Shown here: positions 36,173 to 45,700 of the stretch, one piece after another
Layout: the number at the start of each line of letters is the position of its first letter
How positions within the stretch are numbered: position 1 is the stretch's first letter
NCBI GenBank assembly: GCA_958296135.2
Contig: CATQHZ020000001.1
Coordinates: 3,747,902 to 3,811,901, forward strand
Source of the DNA: an uncultured Poribacteria bacterium
GTDB lineage: Bacteria > Poribacteria > WGA-4E > WGA-3G
DNA: 64,000 nt
Reading direction: 5' to 3'
Program-made: the position numbers and the translations under genes
The notes under the pieces: generated by a model
The model's database searches: none
What the model was told of the DNA's origin: nothing
What the model saw: only the letters and a program-made list of their open reading frames with translations

Positions 36173-36940
36173 ATGATGAAAGTCGGTATTCGAGATGGGA
36201 TGTTGCCCGTTTCCTTTGAAGAATCGTTTCAGAAAGCGAAAGACATCGGGTTTGATGGCATCGAACTCTGCATGGGTGTCAACTACCGCGAGCACCCCCT
36301 CTGGCAGGGAGGCGGCGTGGATAAAGTGAACAGCCTCGCGGCGGCCGCCGGTATTGAGGTAGCATCGCTGTCACCCGGAGGGTTCACCGCCTATTCGTTC
36401 ATGCATCCAACCGATAGCACGCGGAGCGAAGGAATCGCCAAACTGCAATACCTAGCCGAAACCTGTCCGAAATTGGGCGCGAAAGTCATCTTAGTGCCAT
36501 TTTTCGGAAACGGCCAGATTCAAGACGCGCATGTCACGGCACCACGGTTCCTTGATGGCTTGAAAGCCGCCGCTGAAACCGCTGAGAAACACGGTGTCTT
36601 CCTCGCGCTGGAATCGACGTTGAGTGCCACGCAGCACCAACAAATTATTGACAGCGTTGGTTCGTCGGCAGTCGGTGTCTATTACGACATGGGGAATGCA
36701 ACGGGGTTCGGCTATGACGCGCCCTCCGAAATCCGAGCCCTGGGTAGTGGGATTGTGCAAATGCACATTAAGGATACCGGTGGCAATCACGCCGGCGAAG
36801 GCGATGTCGATTTCCCCGCCGTTTTCGAGTCAGCGCACGCCATCGGCTACGACAGCTGGTTCGTGCTTGAAACACCCGGTAAAGATGAGCCGGTCGCCGC
36901 CGCGGAGAAAAACCTCAATTTCGTCAGGAATAGTTTCTGA
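36173..36940 (+). CDS. sugar phosphate isomerase/epimerase (xylose isomerase-like TIM barrel)
   Basis: 255-aa ORF with RBS AAGGAG. GFDGIELCMG, FLALES and MHIKD blocks. Confidence 0.7.
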   Translation: MMKVGIRDGMLPVSFEESFQKAKDIGFDGIELCMGVNYREHPLWQGGGVDKVNSLAAAAGIEVASLSPGGFTAYSFMHPTDSTRSEGIAKLQYLAETCPKLGAKVILVPFFGNGQIQDAHVTAPRFLDGLKAAAETAEKHGVFLALESTLSATQHQQIIDSVGSSAVGVYYDMGNATGFGYDAPSEIRALGSGIVQMHIKDTGGNHAGEGDVDFPAVFESAHAIGYDSWFVLETPGKDEPVAAAEKNLNFVRNSF

Positions 36941-36989
36941 TACAGCGCGCATCTCACGCGCGCCTACCGATGTTACGGAGGGGTTGCTC

Positions 36990-37823
36990 ATGAACAATCC
37001 AAAGGCGATAGTCCCGCATGTTGAAAGCGGCAAACTGCTGGCATTGCCGACGCGCGAAGCGGAGCAATTGTTCCAAAGTTACGGCAAGCAGCAGCAACTC
37101 GAGATTATTCACGCCACTCGCGACCCGAGGGAGCGAGAACAACTCTATTATCTCGTCCCGGATTGTACGGAACTCATCCAAGAAAGCCCAGCCGAAGAGG
37201 TACTCCAGATCTTCGACACCATGCTTGGCACCGGGCTCGCCTCCGGGCTGCTGCCCTGTCTCTCAAGTGAACAGTTTGAGACACTCGTTGATATTGCAGT
37301 CTGGCGCGATGGAGAATTAGACGAAGAATCACTCGACCTCTGGTTATTTGAGCTCTCTGAATGCGAACCGGATGACCTGGGCCGGTTCCTCGCCGAGATA
37401 GACATTCGGCTCCTCGCCCAATTGCTCCACGATAGAGTCATCTTGGAAGATAGTTTCGGCGCAATGCTCATTGAAGCAGGATTCATCGACCCGGGGTTGC
37501 CCTCAATTCAATACGCCGATGAACGCGCACGCGCTGTTGTCGATGCCATCTGGGAGGCCGATACCGAACTCTTCGCAGCACTGCTGCGCGAACTCTTCGC
37601 AATTGACGAAGAAGGCGATGCTGAGGAACTCCGAGCCGCCGCAACCGCAGACGCACAAGGAGAAAGAACCGAACGAGTTGAAGAACGCGACAGGGAATCC
37701 GGCATCGATGTCACCGAGACAGACCTGATGCAGCAGGTAGATCTGGACTCGCTCCAACTCCAAGAAGATGAGGATGAGGATGAGGATAAGGACGAATACG
37801 ACTACTATGATGACGACGAATAA
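36990..37823 (+). CDS. hypothetical protein with a poly-acidic C-terminal tail
   Basis: ORF-track 36624-37823 overlaps the previous gene. RBS GGAGGGG and ATG 36990 (MNNPKAIVPHVESGKLL) fit better. Ends QEDEDEDEDKDEYDYYDDDE. Confidence 0.6.
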   Translation: MNNPKAIVPHVESGKLLALPTREAEQLFQSYGKQQQLEIIHATRDPREREQLYYLVPDCTELIQESPAEEVLQIFDTMLGTGLASGLLPCLSSEQFETLVDIAVWRDGELDEESLDLWLFELSECEPDDLGRFLAEIDIRLLAQLLHDRVILEDSFGAMLIEAGFIDPGLPSIQYADERARAVVDAIWEADTELFAALLRELFAIDEEGDAEELRAAATADAQGERTERVEERDRESGIDVTETDLMQQVDLDSLQLQEDEDEDEDKDEYDYYDDDE

Positions 37824-38742
37824 AGCGGCACTCGTCGCCGCGACACCGCTCGACAGGCAGCTGTTCCTCGCGCAAGCCCTCGCACACGGCGATGCCCTGG
37901 GAAAATTCTCTACAGAGGAAGCGGACGCGCTCTACCAGAACATCGCCGCAATCGCGCACAAACTCATTACGATGAAAACAGCTGACCTCGCCGATGAATC
38001 GCAACTCCGAACGCAGGTTCAAAACGCGTTCACGCTTACAAGTCTGGGACTGGAATACGGCAGCCAAGGAAACCTAGACAAAGCTGTCCGGGTGCTTACC
38101 CGGAACCGCACTGTCACATTTTTCCAGATCGGCAGTACGCTGACAAGCCCCTTGTTGGATAGGGCGCGCAACCTACTAAAAAAGGGGACGATTCTGCCAT
38201 CTCTCCCCGGGGCACCCCCGGGAACCTCGGATATTCAGATTTACAACCCAGCGGAGCAGGCGTTCTTAGAGGCCGTCACGAAATACCAAACCACCATTCG
38301 CACATCGCAAGTCACCATAAGGGACCCGGTGACATCGCGCAACCTATCCCGCGTGACTGACGTAGAAATGGTCGACCGGCAATTGAGGTGCATCGAAAAT
38401 CGGTGGCGTTATGTGCGCGCTTTGCCGTTGGATAACGTCTTGAAACTCACGCCGCCGCTGAGCTCCTTCGCGAACCCGATTGAATACCTCACGCTCGGTT
38501 TAATAGTCAATCTGAGTCTCCATCGGCGAATTGATTTCCAGTTGAATGCACACACTCTCGCAGATTTCAACGCGATAGCTTATGAGAATGGCAACATTTT
38601 GCCGCCCCTCCGCAAACGCCTGCTTAAGTGGATCGCCGACTATCTTGCGGAAGCAAAGCAGCCGGAGGCGGTGCAGCAGTATGCTGTCAGTTATTGGGAT
38701 GAGTGCCTGAAACTGGACAGCCCCAAGCCGATGCTTTTGTAG
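37807..38742 (+). CDS. hypothetical protein (311 aa)
   Basis: ATG 37807 overlaps the end of the previous gene by 17 nt. MMTTNKAALVAATPLDRQLF.... No motif recognised. Confidence 0.55.
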   Translation: MMTTNKAALVAATPLDRQLFLAQALAHGDALGKFSTEEADALYQNIAAIAHKLITMKTADLADESQLRTQVQNAFTLTSLGLEYGSQGNLDKAVRVLTRNRTVTFFQIGSTLTSPLLDRARNLLKKGTILPSLPGAPPGTSDIQIYNPAEQAFLEAVTKYQTTIRTSQVTIRDPVTSRNLSRVTDVEMVDRQLRCIENRWRYVRALPLDNVLKLTPPLSSFANPIEYLTLGLIVNLSLHRRIDFQLNAHTLADFNAIAYENGNILPPLRKRLLKWIADYLAEAKQPEAVQQYAVSYWDECLKLDSPKPMLL

Positions 38743-38749
38743 CGCAGCG

Positions 38750-39469
38750 TCATTCTGCCGAGAACCGTTTTTTCGCCGCCGCGATTGCTTGTCGCGCTTC
38801 CGGCGTACCGATGTCGTTCAGCGCGCGTTCTGCCATCATACGCCGTTCGCTATCCGTCCCGTTGAGTGCTTCCGTGAGCGCGGGCACCGCTGGCGAGCCG
38901 ATAGTAACGAGTGCCCGAACAACAAGCCTGCGGACGTTCCATTCCGGATCGGTGAGGGAACGCATCAGCGCGGCGAGAATATCTTGTAGGCGCGCGCGCT
39001 TAGTCGCGCTATTATCAAACCGTTTGCCGATTTCGCCGAGGGCATAAGCGACATGAAGCCGAGTCTCCATCGATTCTGCAGCTAAGGCATCGATGAGGAA
39101 CGGCACGGCGGGTTCACCGAGCTGCTGTAAGGCGATAGAACCGACAACGCGCACGTTTTCGTCCGGATCGGACAGCACAGAAATCAACGCAGGCACGACC
39201 CGGGCCGCCGGCGTTGCAATGTCGCTCAACGTCCAAGCAGCGGTTTCCCGAATCTGTGGATTTTCATGCGATATCCCCCAGACGAGGGCATCAATCGCGC
39301 CAGGGCCCATCGCCACGAGTGCGTGAGCCGCTTCGGCGCGGCGTTCCGCCTCCGGGGCCCCAAGTTGGACGACAAGCGTTTTCGCCTCTCGCGTTTGCAA
39401 ATAACATGCCGACAGACATAGCAGCAGAAGCAGTAGGAGGGACCTCGGGGCCCGAATCAGGTATTTCAT
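38750..39469 (-). CDS. HEAT-repeat (PBS-lyase-type) lipoprotein
   Basis: Repeated ...DPDENVRVVGSIALQQLGEPAVPFLIDAL... units. Signal MKYLIRAPRSLLLLLLLCLSAC. Alternative upstream starts at 39532/39541 lie in a duplicated copy of the same 37 nt. Confidence 0.65.
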   Translation of the reverse strand: MKYLIRAPRSLLLLLLLCLSACYLQTREAKTLVVQLGAPEAERRAEAAHALVAMGPGAIDALVWGISHENPQIRETAAWTLSDIATPAARVVPALISVLSDPDENVRVVGSIALQQLGEPAVPFLIDALAAESMETRLHVAYALGEIGKRFDNSATKRARLQDILAALMRSLTDPEWNVRRLVVRALVTIGSPAVPALTEALNGTDSERRMMAERALNDIGTPEARQAIAAAKKRFSAE

Positions 39470-39535
39470 CAGTAGGAGGGACCGCCGGTCCCGATGTAGG
39501 AGGGACCTCGGGGCCCGAATCAGGTATTTCATGTT
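39421..39535. repeat. three family-3-type repeats overlapping the 5' end of the HEAT lipoprotein gene
   Basis: GTAGGAGGGACCTCGGGGCCCGAATCAGGTATTTCAT occurs twice, flanking GTAGGAGGGACCGCCGGTCCCGAT. Confidence 0.85.
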
Positions 39536-39614
39536 GTTCAAAAGTATAGCACAGTCTCACATTTTTGGCAAACTTCTCGCCAGGGTGATTCAGTTTTCAA
39601 ATCCGGAGGCATTC

Positions 39615-39710
39615 GCGCGTATCATCGTAGGGCGGGGGCCTGTCCCCCGCCGTGCCCGACGCGCGTATCATCGTAGGGCGGGGGCCTGTCTCCCGCCGTG
39701 CCCGAGCGCC
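39615..39710 (+). repeat. 46-bp x2 tandem of a family-1 variant (GTAGGGCGGGGGCCTGTC(C/T)CCCGCC)
   Basis: GTAG at 39627 and 39673, each preceded by gcgcgtatcatc. Confidence 0.85.
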
Positions 39711-39831
39711 TCGGAAATTCGCGAGGAACAGGCCCTCGTATGTCTCTATCCGCCCTTCTCCCGCACCGGGAAAGGAAAAATGAAAGGAGCATCACGGTTT
39801 TCGCCAATGTGCAAAACCAGATAAGAAAAAA

Positions 39832-40386
39832 ATGCAATTAGAAATCGCAACCTTCGGCGCAGGCTGTTTTTGGTGTGTTGAAGCAGTTTTTCAGCAGCTA
39901 GAAGGCGTTCACGAAGTTGTCTCCGGCTACACCGGCGGCACCACGGACAACCCAACTTATCAAGAAATATGCACGGGGCTGACAGGACATGCGGAAGTCG
40001 TCCAGATTCGGTTTGATCCGAGCGTTATTCCCTACGCGGCGTTGTTGGACGTTTTCTGGCACACGCATGATGCGACGACATTGAATCGGCAGGGCGCAGA
40101 CCACGGTACGCAGTATCGCTCTGCGATTTTCTACCACGATGAGGCGCAGCGGCGCAGTGCCGAGCAGTCCAAAGCGGAAATGGAGAACTCCGAAGCGTGG
40201 GACGCGCCGATTGTCACGGAGATAACAGCGGCGGCAACCTTCTATCCGGCCGAGGGTTACCATCAAAACTATTTCCGGGACAACCCGTATCAGCCGTACT
40301 GCCAATTTGTGATCTACCCGAAAATGCGGAAGTTCACAAAGGATTTTAAGGATAAACTCAGAACCGATGCATCAAAAGTTCGTTAA
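39832..40386 (+). CDS. msrA: peptide-methionine (S)-S-oxide reductase
   Basis: 184-aa ORF. ATFGAGCFWCVEAVF active-site motif and GHAEVVQIRFDP. Confidence 0.9.
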   Translation: MQLEIATFGAGCFWCVEAVFQQLEGVHEVVSGYTGGTTDNPTYQEICTGLTGHAEVVQIRFDPSVIPYAALLDVFWHTHDATTLNRQGADHGTQYRSAIFYHDEAQRRSAEQSKAEMENSEAWDAPIVTEITAAATFYPAEGYHQNYFRDNPYQPYCQFVIYPKMRKFTKDFKDKLRTDASKVR

Positions 40387-40402
40387 TCTGGAAAATTTCC
40401 GC

Positions 40403-40431
40403 TTGACAGATTTCACGAAAATTGATAGAAT
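40403..40431 (+). promoter_or_regulatory. promoter TTGACA-N17-TAGAAT
   Basis: TTGACA at 40403-40408 and TAGAAT at 40426-40431, upstream of the LamG gene. Confidence 0.5.
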
Positions 40432-40463
40432 ACCCTATCTTTACCTAACAGGAGGAAATTCTT

Positions 40464-41240
40464 ATGATGAAATTGGTTATGTGTTTAGGCATCGCATTGC
40501 TTCTGGTGATAACTCCCGCCTTCACAAAGGCGGAGGAGTTTACGGACGGGCTCGTCCTCTACCACGCCTACGATGAAGGCGACGGTGCTGTCGCCGAAGA
40601 CCTCAGCGGCAACGGGCACGATGGCGAAATCGATAACCCTATCTGGGTGGATGGCAAGTTTGAAAAAGCACTTGAATTTGGCGGCGAAGGCAGCGGCACG
40701 TTCGTCACCGTTGAAAGCACGCCGAGACTGAACGTCAACGAATGCACGTTCATGGCGTGGATTAATGCCGAACATTGGAACGGCGTCCGCCAAATCGTCG
40801 GCAAATCTGTCCACGGCGGATGCGGCGGCCGGGTGCAATACGGGCTGTTCAGCGAAGGCGGCACTTTCAAACTCCGCTTTGAAGGCGAAGGCGCCCGAGC
40901 CGACATCTCCACAGATCTGCCTGACACTGAGAAGTGGGTGCATGTCGCTTTTACTAACGACGGAAAAACGGGCATCATCTATATCGATGGCGATGCCGTG
41001 ATCGATCAAGCGGTACCGGGAAAACTCGGGGCCAACGATGACCCGTGGCGCATCGGACAGGATTGCGACCGCGAGAACTACATCTTCGCCGGCATTATCG
41101 ACGAGGTGCGTCTCTGGAATCGCGCCCTGAGTGAGAAGGATATTAACACCTTCAAAGACCAGGGTGCAAAAGAGGCACTCGCCGTGGATCCGAGCGGTAA
41201 ACTCTCAACCACCTGGGGCCGCCTCAAAACGTCCCGATAA
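40464..41240 (+). CDS. secreted LamG-like (concanavalin A-like lectin/glucanase) domain protein
   Basis: RBS AGGAGG. Signal MMKLVMCLGIALLLVITPAFT. DLSGNGHDGEI...FMAWINAEHW...IDEVRLWNRALS pattern. Confidence 0.75.
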   Translation: MMKLVMCLGIALLLVITPAFTKAEEFTDGLVLYHAYDEGDGAVAEDLSGNGHDGEIDNPIWVDGKFEKALEFGGEGSGTFVTVESTPRLNVNECTFMAWINAEHWNGVRQIVGKSVHGGCGGRVQYGLFSEGGTFKLRFEGEGARADISTDLPDTEKWVHVAFTNDGKTGIIYIDGDAVIDQAVPGKLGANDDPWRIGQDCDRENYIFAGIIDEVRLWNRALSEKDINTFKDQGAKEALAVDPSGKLSTTWGRLKTSR

Positions 41241-41326
41241 TAGTTTGAGGCGAGGGAAACCTCTCCCTCGCCTCACATAAAAATCGCTTGACAAATTCTC
41301 TCACCGTGAATATCATGACTAAAGAG

Positions 41327-42100
41327 ATGGACGAACCAATAAAAACAGTCGTCTGTAGAAATTGCAACGCAGCAATCGATGAAGAGACGTTCGTGACACA
41401 TCTGAAAGTGTGCGATAGCTGCGGACATCACCACTATCTGACGGCTCACGAACGGCTCGAGCTCCTCATTGACGCGGGCAGCTTTGAGGAACACGATGCG
41501 GATTTATATTCTATCGATTCGTTGGAATTCCCAGAATATCCGCAAAAATTGGCGCGAGACATCGCGAAAACAGGGCTCCGCTCCGAGATGCTCTCCGGCA
41601 TCGCCAACATCGGCGGACACCCAACTGCCATTGCGATTGGGGATGTTAGGTTCATCGGGGGGACATGCGGTTCTGTTATCGGTGAAAAGGTTACCCGATG
41701 TATTGAACGCGCGCTTGAAAATAGGGTGCCGTTAGTACTCGTCTCCGTGAGCGGTGGGATGCGGATGCAGGAAGGCACGCTCGCTTTGATGCAGATGGCG
41801 AAAACCGCAGCGGCGTGCGCAGCCTATGCCAAAGAGGGAGTCTTTTACATTTCTGTCGTCACCGATCCGACGTTTGGCGGGGCGACAGCGAGTTACACCT
41901 CCCTCGGCGATGTGATTATCGCCGAACCCGGTGCGCGCATCGGCTTTGCGGGCCCGTTGGCGGTTGCGAGCCTACGCGAAGAACTCCCCGAAGACTTTCA
42001 AAAAGCGGAGTCATTGCTGGCACATGGCTTCATCGATGCCATCGTCCACCGCGCCGAGATGCGGCGGATGTTGATGGAACTGCTTGAATTCGCCCGCTAA
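41327..42100 (+). CDS. accD: acetyl-CoA carboxylase carboxyltransferase beta subunit
   Basis: Zinc ribbon CRNC...CDSCGHHHYL, then GGSMG-type block SGGMRMQEG. ORF-track start 41288 is the -35 box of a TTGACA-N17-TATCAT promoter (41288-41316). ATG 41315 lies inside the -10, so ATG 41327 is preferred (uncertain). Confidence 0.85.
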   Translation: MDEPIKTVVCRNCNAAIDEETFVTHLKVCDSCGHHHYLTAHERLELLIDAGSFEEHDADLYSIDSLEFPEYPQKLARDIAKTGLRSEMLSGIANIGGHPTAIAIGDVRFIGGTCGSVIGEKVTRCIERALENRVPLVLVSVSGGMRMQEGTLALMQMAKTAAACAAYAKEGVFYISVVTDPTFGGATASYTSLGDVIIAEPGARIGFAGPLAVASLREELPEDFQKAESLLAHGFIDAIVHRAEMRRMLMELLEFAR

Positions 42101-42113
42101 AAAAACTAACGAA

Positions 42114-42166
42114 CCGTAGAGCGAAGGACAGACACTCGCCCTACGGATACCACTTGGGGTTTTTTG
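42114..42166 (+). terminator. GTAG...CTAC palindromic repeat followed by a T-run (accD terminator candidate)
   Basis: ccGTAGAGCGAAGGACAGACACTCGCCCTACgg, then ...GGGGTTTTTT. Confidence 0.5.
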
Positions 42167-42271
42167 TAGCCTCAATGAAAAACAAGCGTTAATATAGATG
42201 CAACTCTTGCTCTTCGTTCAGGAAAACCGCGCACTAAAAAATCTCTAAGAAAAGCAAAATAGGAATAGAAC

Positions 42272-44551
42272 ATGCCGAAATCACTCGTCGTTGTTGAATC
42301 GCCGGCGAAAGCGAAAACCATCAAAAAGATTTTAGGCAGGGATTACATCGTTGAATCCTCTGTCGGGCATATCCGCGATTTGCCGAAAAAAGAGCTCGGT
42401 GTCGATATCGAAAACGCCTTCACGCCCAAATATGTCCGCATCCGCGGGAAGGGGAAGGTGATTAAGGCACTGACAGAATCGGCGCGGAAGGTAGATACCA
42501 TCTACCTCGCCGCTGACCCGGACCGGGAGGGCGAGGCCATTTGTTGGCACCTCGCCGAGGAATTGAAGAAGGCGAAGAAGCCCATCCATCGCATCGTCTA
42601 TAACGAAGTTACCAAAGGCGCGATTTTAGAGGCTATCCAGGCTCCGGGGCAGATTGACATGGCACTCGTTGATGCGCAACAGGCTCGGCGCATTTTAGAC
42701 CGGCTCGTCGGATACCAGATCAGCCCGATTTTGTGGCGAAGCGTCAAACCAGGGCTGAGTGCCGGCCGGGTGCAGTCTGTTGCCGTACGGCTCATCTGCG
42801 AACGCGAGGCAGAAATTGAGGCGTTCAAACCACAGGAATATTGGACGCTCACCGCCACGTTGTCGCCGATGGAAAAGGAGCATCTGTTCCTCGCGAAACT
42901 ACATCGTATCGGGAAAGAGAAGGGGCAGATTAACAACTACGGCTTTCTCATCGATGCGGCGCGTGCCAAAGCACTCGCCGCCGACGCGCAGACGCAACCC
43001 TATATCGTCGAAAAGGTGAAGAAACAGGAGCGGAAACAACGCCCGGTGCCACCTTTTATCACGAGTAGTTTGCAACAGGAGGCGGCCCGCAAACTCCGAT
43101 TTACGGCGAAAAGGACGATGCGCATCGCACAACAACTCTATGAGGGACTTGAACTCGGGAGTGAAGGCTCCGTGGGCCTCATCACCTACATGCGCACCGA
43201 CTCAACGCGCATCGCACAAGAGGCACTTGTTTCCGCGCGCGAATTCATCAAAACAACTTACGGTACGGACTATCTGCCAGCGCGCGCCGTGCAGTATCGA
43301 ACCAAAAAAGGCGCGCAAGACGCGCACGAGGCGGTGCGGCCGAGTGTGCCATTGCGCACACCCGCGTCACTGAAACCGTATCTCAACGATGAGCAGTATC
43401 GCCTCTACGAACTCATTTGGATGCGGTTCATTGCAAGCCAAATGAAGCCTGCCCTTTTTGACGCGACGACAATTGATATAAAAGCCGGGCAGTATCTCTT
43501 CCGGGCGACCGGCGCTGTCATGAAGTTTAAGGGGTTCCGGAGCGTCTACATGGAGGGAGAAGACGATGTCACTGCCGATGGCGATACCGAAGCAAACGTC
43601 TCCCTCCCCATCGTCAAGGAGGGCGATAGGCTCGATTTGCGCAAGTTGGTGCCGAAGCAACACTTCACGCAGCCGCCACCCCGTTACAACGAAGCAACGC
43701 TAGTCAAGGCACTGGAGGCGAAGGAAATCGGCCGCCCAAGCACTTACGCGACAATCCTCTCCACTATCCAAGACCGGGGATACGTGGAGAAAGACCGGGG
43801 CCGCCTGCTACCGACAGACATCGGAAGGCTTGTTAATCAACTCCTCATCCACGGCTTTCCCAACATCGTTGATGTAGAATTCACGGCGAAGATGGAGGAG
43901 CAACTGGATACCGTCGCCGATGGCAAAGTAGCATGGGTGCGGACGTTAGGCGAGTTCTACCCCTCGTTCCAAACCGCACTGAAAGAAGCACCCGACAAAA
44001 TGTATGAGGCGCGCAAAGCGATGGAAACCGAATCCGAGGAGATATGCGAGAAGTGTGGCGGCAAAATGATTATCAAGTGGGGCCGTTATGGGCGGTTCCT
44101 CGGGTGCGCGAACTATCCGGAGTGCCAAAACATCAAACGCTTGAACGGCGATGACACCGCGTCTGCTGAACCGGAACCCACCGACACTCAGTGCGATAAG
44201 TGCGGCTCGCCGATGGTTATCAAGGTGAGCCGCGCGGGTGCCAAGTTTTTATCGTGCAGCGGCTACCCGAAATGCAAAAACGCGAAGCCGCTCCCGATAG
44301 GTATTGACTGCCCGGAGAAAACCTGCGACGGCTACCTCGGTGAACGACGCACGCGCCGGGGCAAAATCTTCTACGGCTGCAGCAATTATCCGAAGTGCGA
44401 GTTTTCGACGTGGGACAAACCGGTTACGGGGCCTTGCCCGGCATGCAACGCACCGATTCTCGTTGAGAGAACCCGAAAACTGAAGGGGAGCGAAGAGGAG
44501 GCAACGCACCTCGCCTGCCACTCGAAAGCGTGTGGGTATACGAACCAATAA
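42272..44551 (+). CDS. topA: DNA topoisomerase I (type IA)
   Basis: 759-aa ORF. Toprim start LVVVESPAKAKTI, DPDREGE, active-site region YMRTDS, and several C-terminal CxxC zinc ribbons. Confidence 0.95.
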   Translation: MPKSLVVVESPAKAKTIKKILGRDYIVESSVGHIRDLPKKELGVDIENAFTPKYVRIRGKGKVIKALTESARKVDTIYLAADPDREGEAICWHLAEELKKAKKPIHRIVYNEVTKGAILEAIQAPGQIDMALVDAQQARRILDRLVGYQISPILWRSVKPGLSAGRVQSVAVRLICEREAEIEAFKPQEYWTLTATLSPMEKEHLFLAKLHRIGKEKGQINNYGFLIDAARAKALAADAQTQPYIVEKVKKQERKQRPVPPFITSSLQQEAARKLRFTAKRTMRIAQQLYEGLELGSEGSVGLITYMRTDSTRIAQEALVSAREFIKTTYGTDYLPARAVQYRTKKGAQDAHEAVRPSVPLRTPASLKPYLNDEQYRLYELIWMRFIASQMKPALFDATTIDIKAGQYLFRATGAVMKFKGFRSVYMEGEDDVTADGDTEANVSLPIVKEGDRLDLRKLVPKQHFTQPPPRYNEATLVKALEAKEIGRPSTYATILSTIQDRGYVEKDRGRLLPTDIGRLVNQLLIHGFPNIVDVEFTAKMEEQLDTVADGKVAWVRTLGEFYPSFQTALKEAPDKMYEARKAMETESEEICEKCGGKMIIKWGRYGRFLGCANYPECQNIKRLNGDDTASAEPEPTDTQCDKCGSPMVIKVSRAGAKFLSCSGYPKCKNAKPLPIGIDCPEKTCDGYLGERRTRRGKIFYGCSNYPKCEFSTWDKPVTGPCPACNAPILVERTRKLKGSEEEATHLACHSKACGYTNQ

Positions 44552-44579
44552 ATGAGACGCGGCAAAAATCGCCCGAGCC

Positions 44580-44865
44580 CGCAGTGCCAGGGCCTGTCCC
44601 TCGCAAACCCGCGCGCCACAGTCTCGATACCGATGCACCCGGTAGGAGAAACCTCCTGCTCTCGAACTGGAGAAAAACAGGCCCGCGCGCCACAGTCTCG
44701 ATACCGATGCACCCGGTAGGAGAAACCTCCTGCTCTCGAACTGGAGAAAAACAGGCCCGCGCGCCACAGTCTCGATACCGATGCACCCGGTAGGAGAAAC
44801 CTCCTGCTCTCGAACTGGAGAGACCTTGAGGTAGGAGAAACCTCCCAGTCTCGAACTGGAGAAAA
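44580..44865. repeat. 74-bp x3 tandem repeat with family-3-type GGTAGGAGAAACCTCCTGCTCTCGA hairpins
   Basis: GCGCGCCACA starts at 44611, 44685 and 44759. A fourth degenerate GTAGGAGAAACCTCCCAGTCTCGA ends just before the ftsE ATG. Confidence 0.9.
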
Positions 44866-44868
44866 AAA

Positions 44869-45516
44869 ATGATCCAAGTCCACCAAGTCAGTTTCAGTTA
44901 TGGCGAACTGAGCGTGCTTGAAACAGTCAGCTTTCGGTTGGAACGCGGCGAATTCGCCTTCCTCGTCGGACCGAGTGGCGCGGGGAAGACAACCCTGCTC
45001 CGGCTGTTATACCGCGACCTCGTGCCAACAGCGGGCGACCTGAGCGTCATCGGACAACCCTTATCGGAACTGACCCGGTTAAGTCTTCCCTACTTTCGGC
45101 AGAAAATCGGGCTTGTCTTTCAAGACTTCAAGTTTGTGCCGCATAAGACTGTTCATCAAAATCTCGCGCTGCCCCAGAAATTGATAGGCGCGAAGCCGGC
45201 GACGCTCCGGGAGAATGTGAACAAACTCCTGCATCAGATGGGGCTTGCGCACCATAAAGCGGCGCGGCCGGCAGATATCTCCGGGAACGAACGGCAGCGG
45301 CTGGCCATCGCGAGAGCAGTTATCAACCGGCCGCTGTTGCTGCTCGCTGATGCACCGACAGCGGATTTAGACGCACGCCTCTCCCTTGAAATGATGGCAC
45401 TCCTTGATGCCTTGAATTTCCAAGGAATGACTATCCTCATCGCAACGAGTGACAAACAACTTGCACAAAAATGCAATAAGCGGATTATTGAACTGAGAGA
45501 CGGTAGTATTCGTTGA
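44869..45516 (+). CDS. ftsE: cell-division ABC transporter ATPase FtsE
   Basis: 215 aa. Walker A GPSGAGKTT, signature ISGNERQRLAIARA, Walker B LLLADAPT. Followed by an ftsX-like gene. Confidence 0.85.
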   Translation: MIQVHQVSFSYGELSVLETVSFRLERGEFAFLVGPSGAGKTTLLRLLYRDLVPTAGDLSVIGQPLSELTRLSLPYFRQKIGLVFQDFKFVPHKTVHQNLALPQKLIGAKPATLRENVNKLLHQMGLAHHKAARPADISGNERQRLAIARAVINRPLLLLADAPTADLDARLSLEMMALLDALNFQGMTILIATSDKQLAQKCNKRIIELRDGSIR

Positions 45517-45570
45517 TTTTCTCTTTTGTTGTTTCTCGCGATGGTTTGACGTTGGCTTGGAGAAGTGTCT

Positions 45571-45596
45571 CTCGGGCTCAGGCGAGCCCGAACTAC
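45571..45596 (-). repeat. single GTAG-headed hairpin between ftsE and ftsX
   Basis: The minus strand reads GTAGTTCGGGCTCGCCTGAGCCCGAG (stem CGGGCTC/GAGCCCG). Confidence 0.6.
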
Positions 45597-45700
45597 AGCC
45601 CGTCAGGACGTTGTTTTTTCTTGCAGGCTTTGGCTAAGGGTTGCAAGTCGGCCCGTTCCGTCAACGTAGACTTCCGAGGCTAAAAAACCTGTTCCAAAAC

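Noticed and set aside
36624-36989. N-terminal 122 codons of ORF 36624-37823.
   Set aside because: They overlap the 3' half of the TIM-barrel isomerase gene in another frame. A GGAGGGG RBS and ATG at 36990 give a non-overlapping start.
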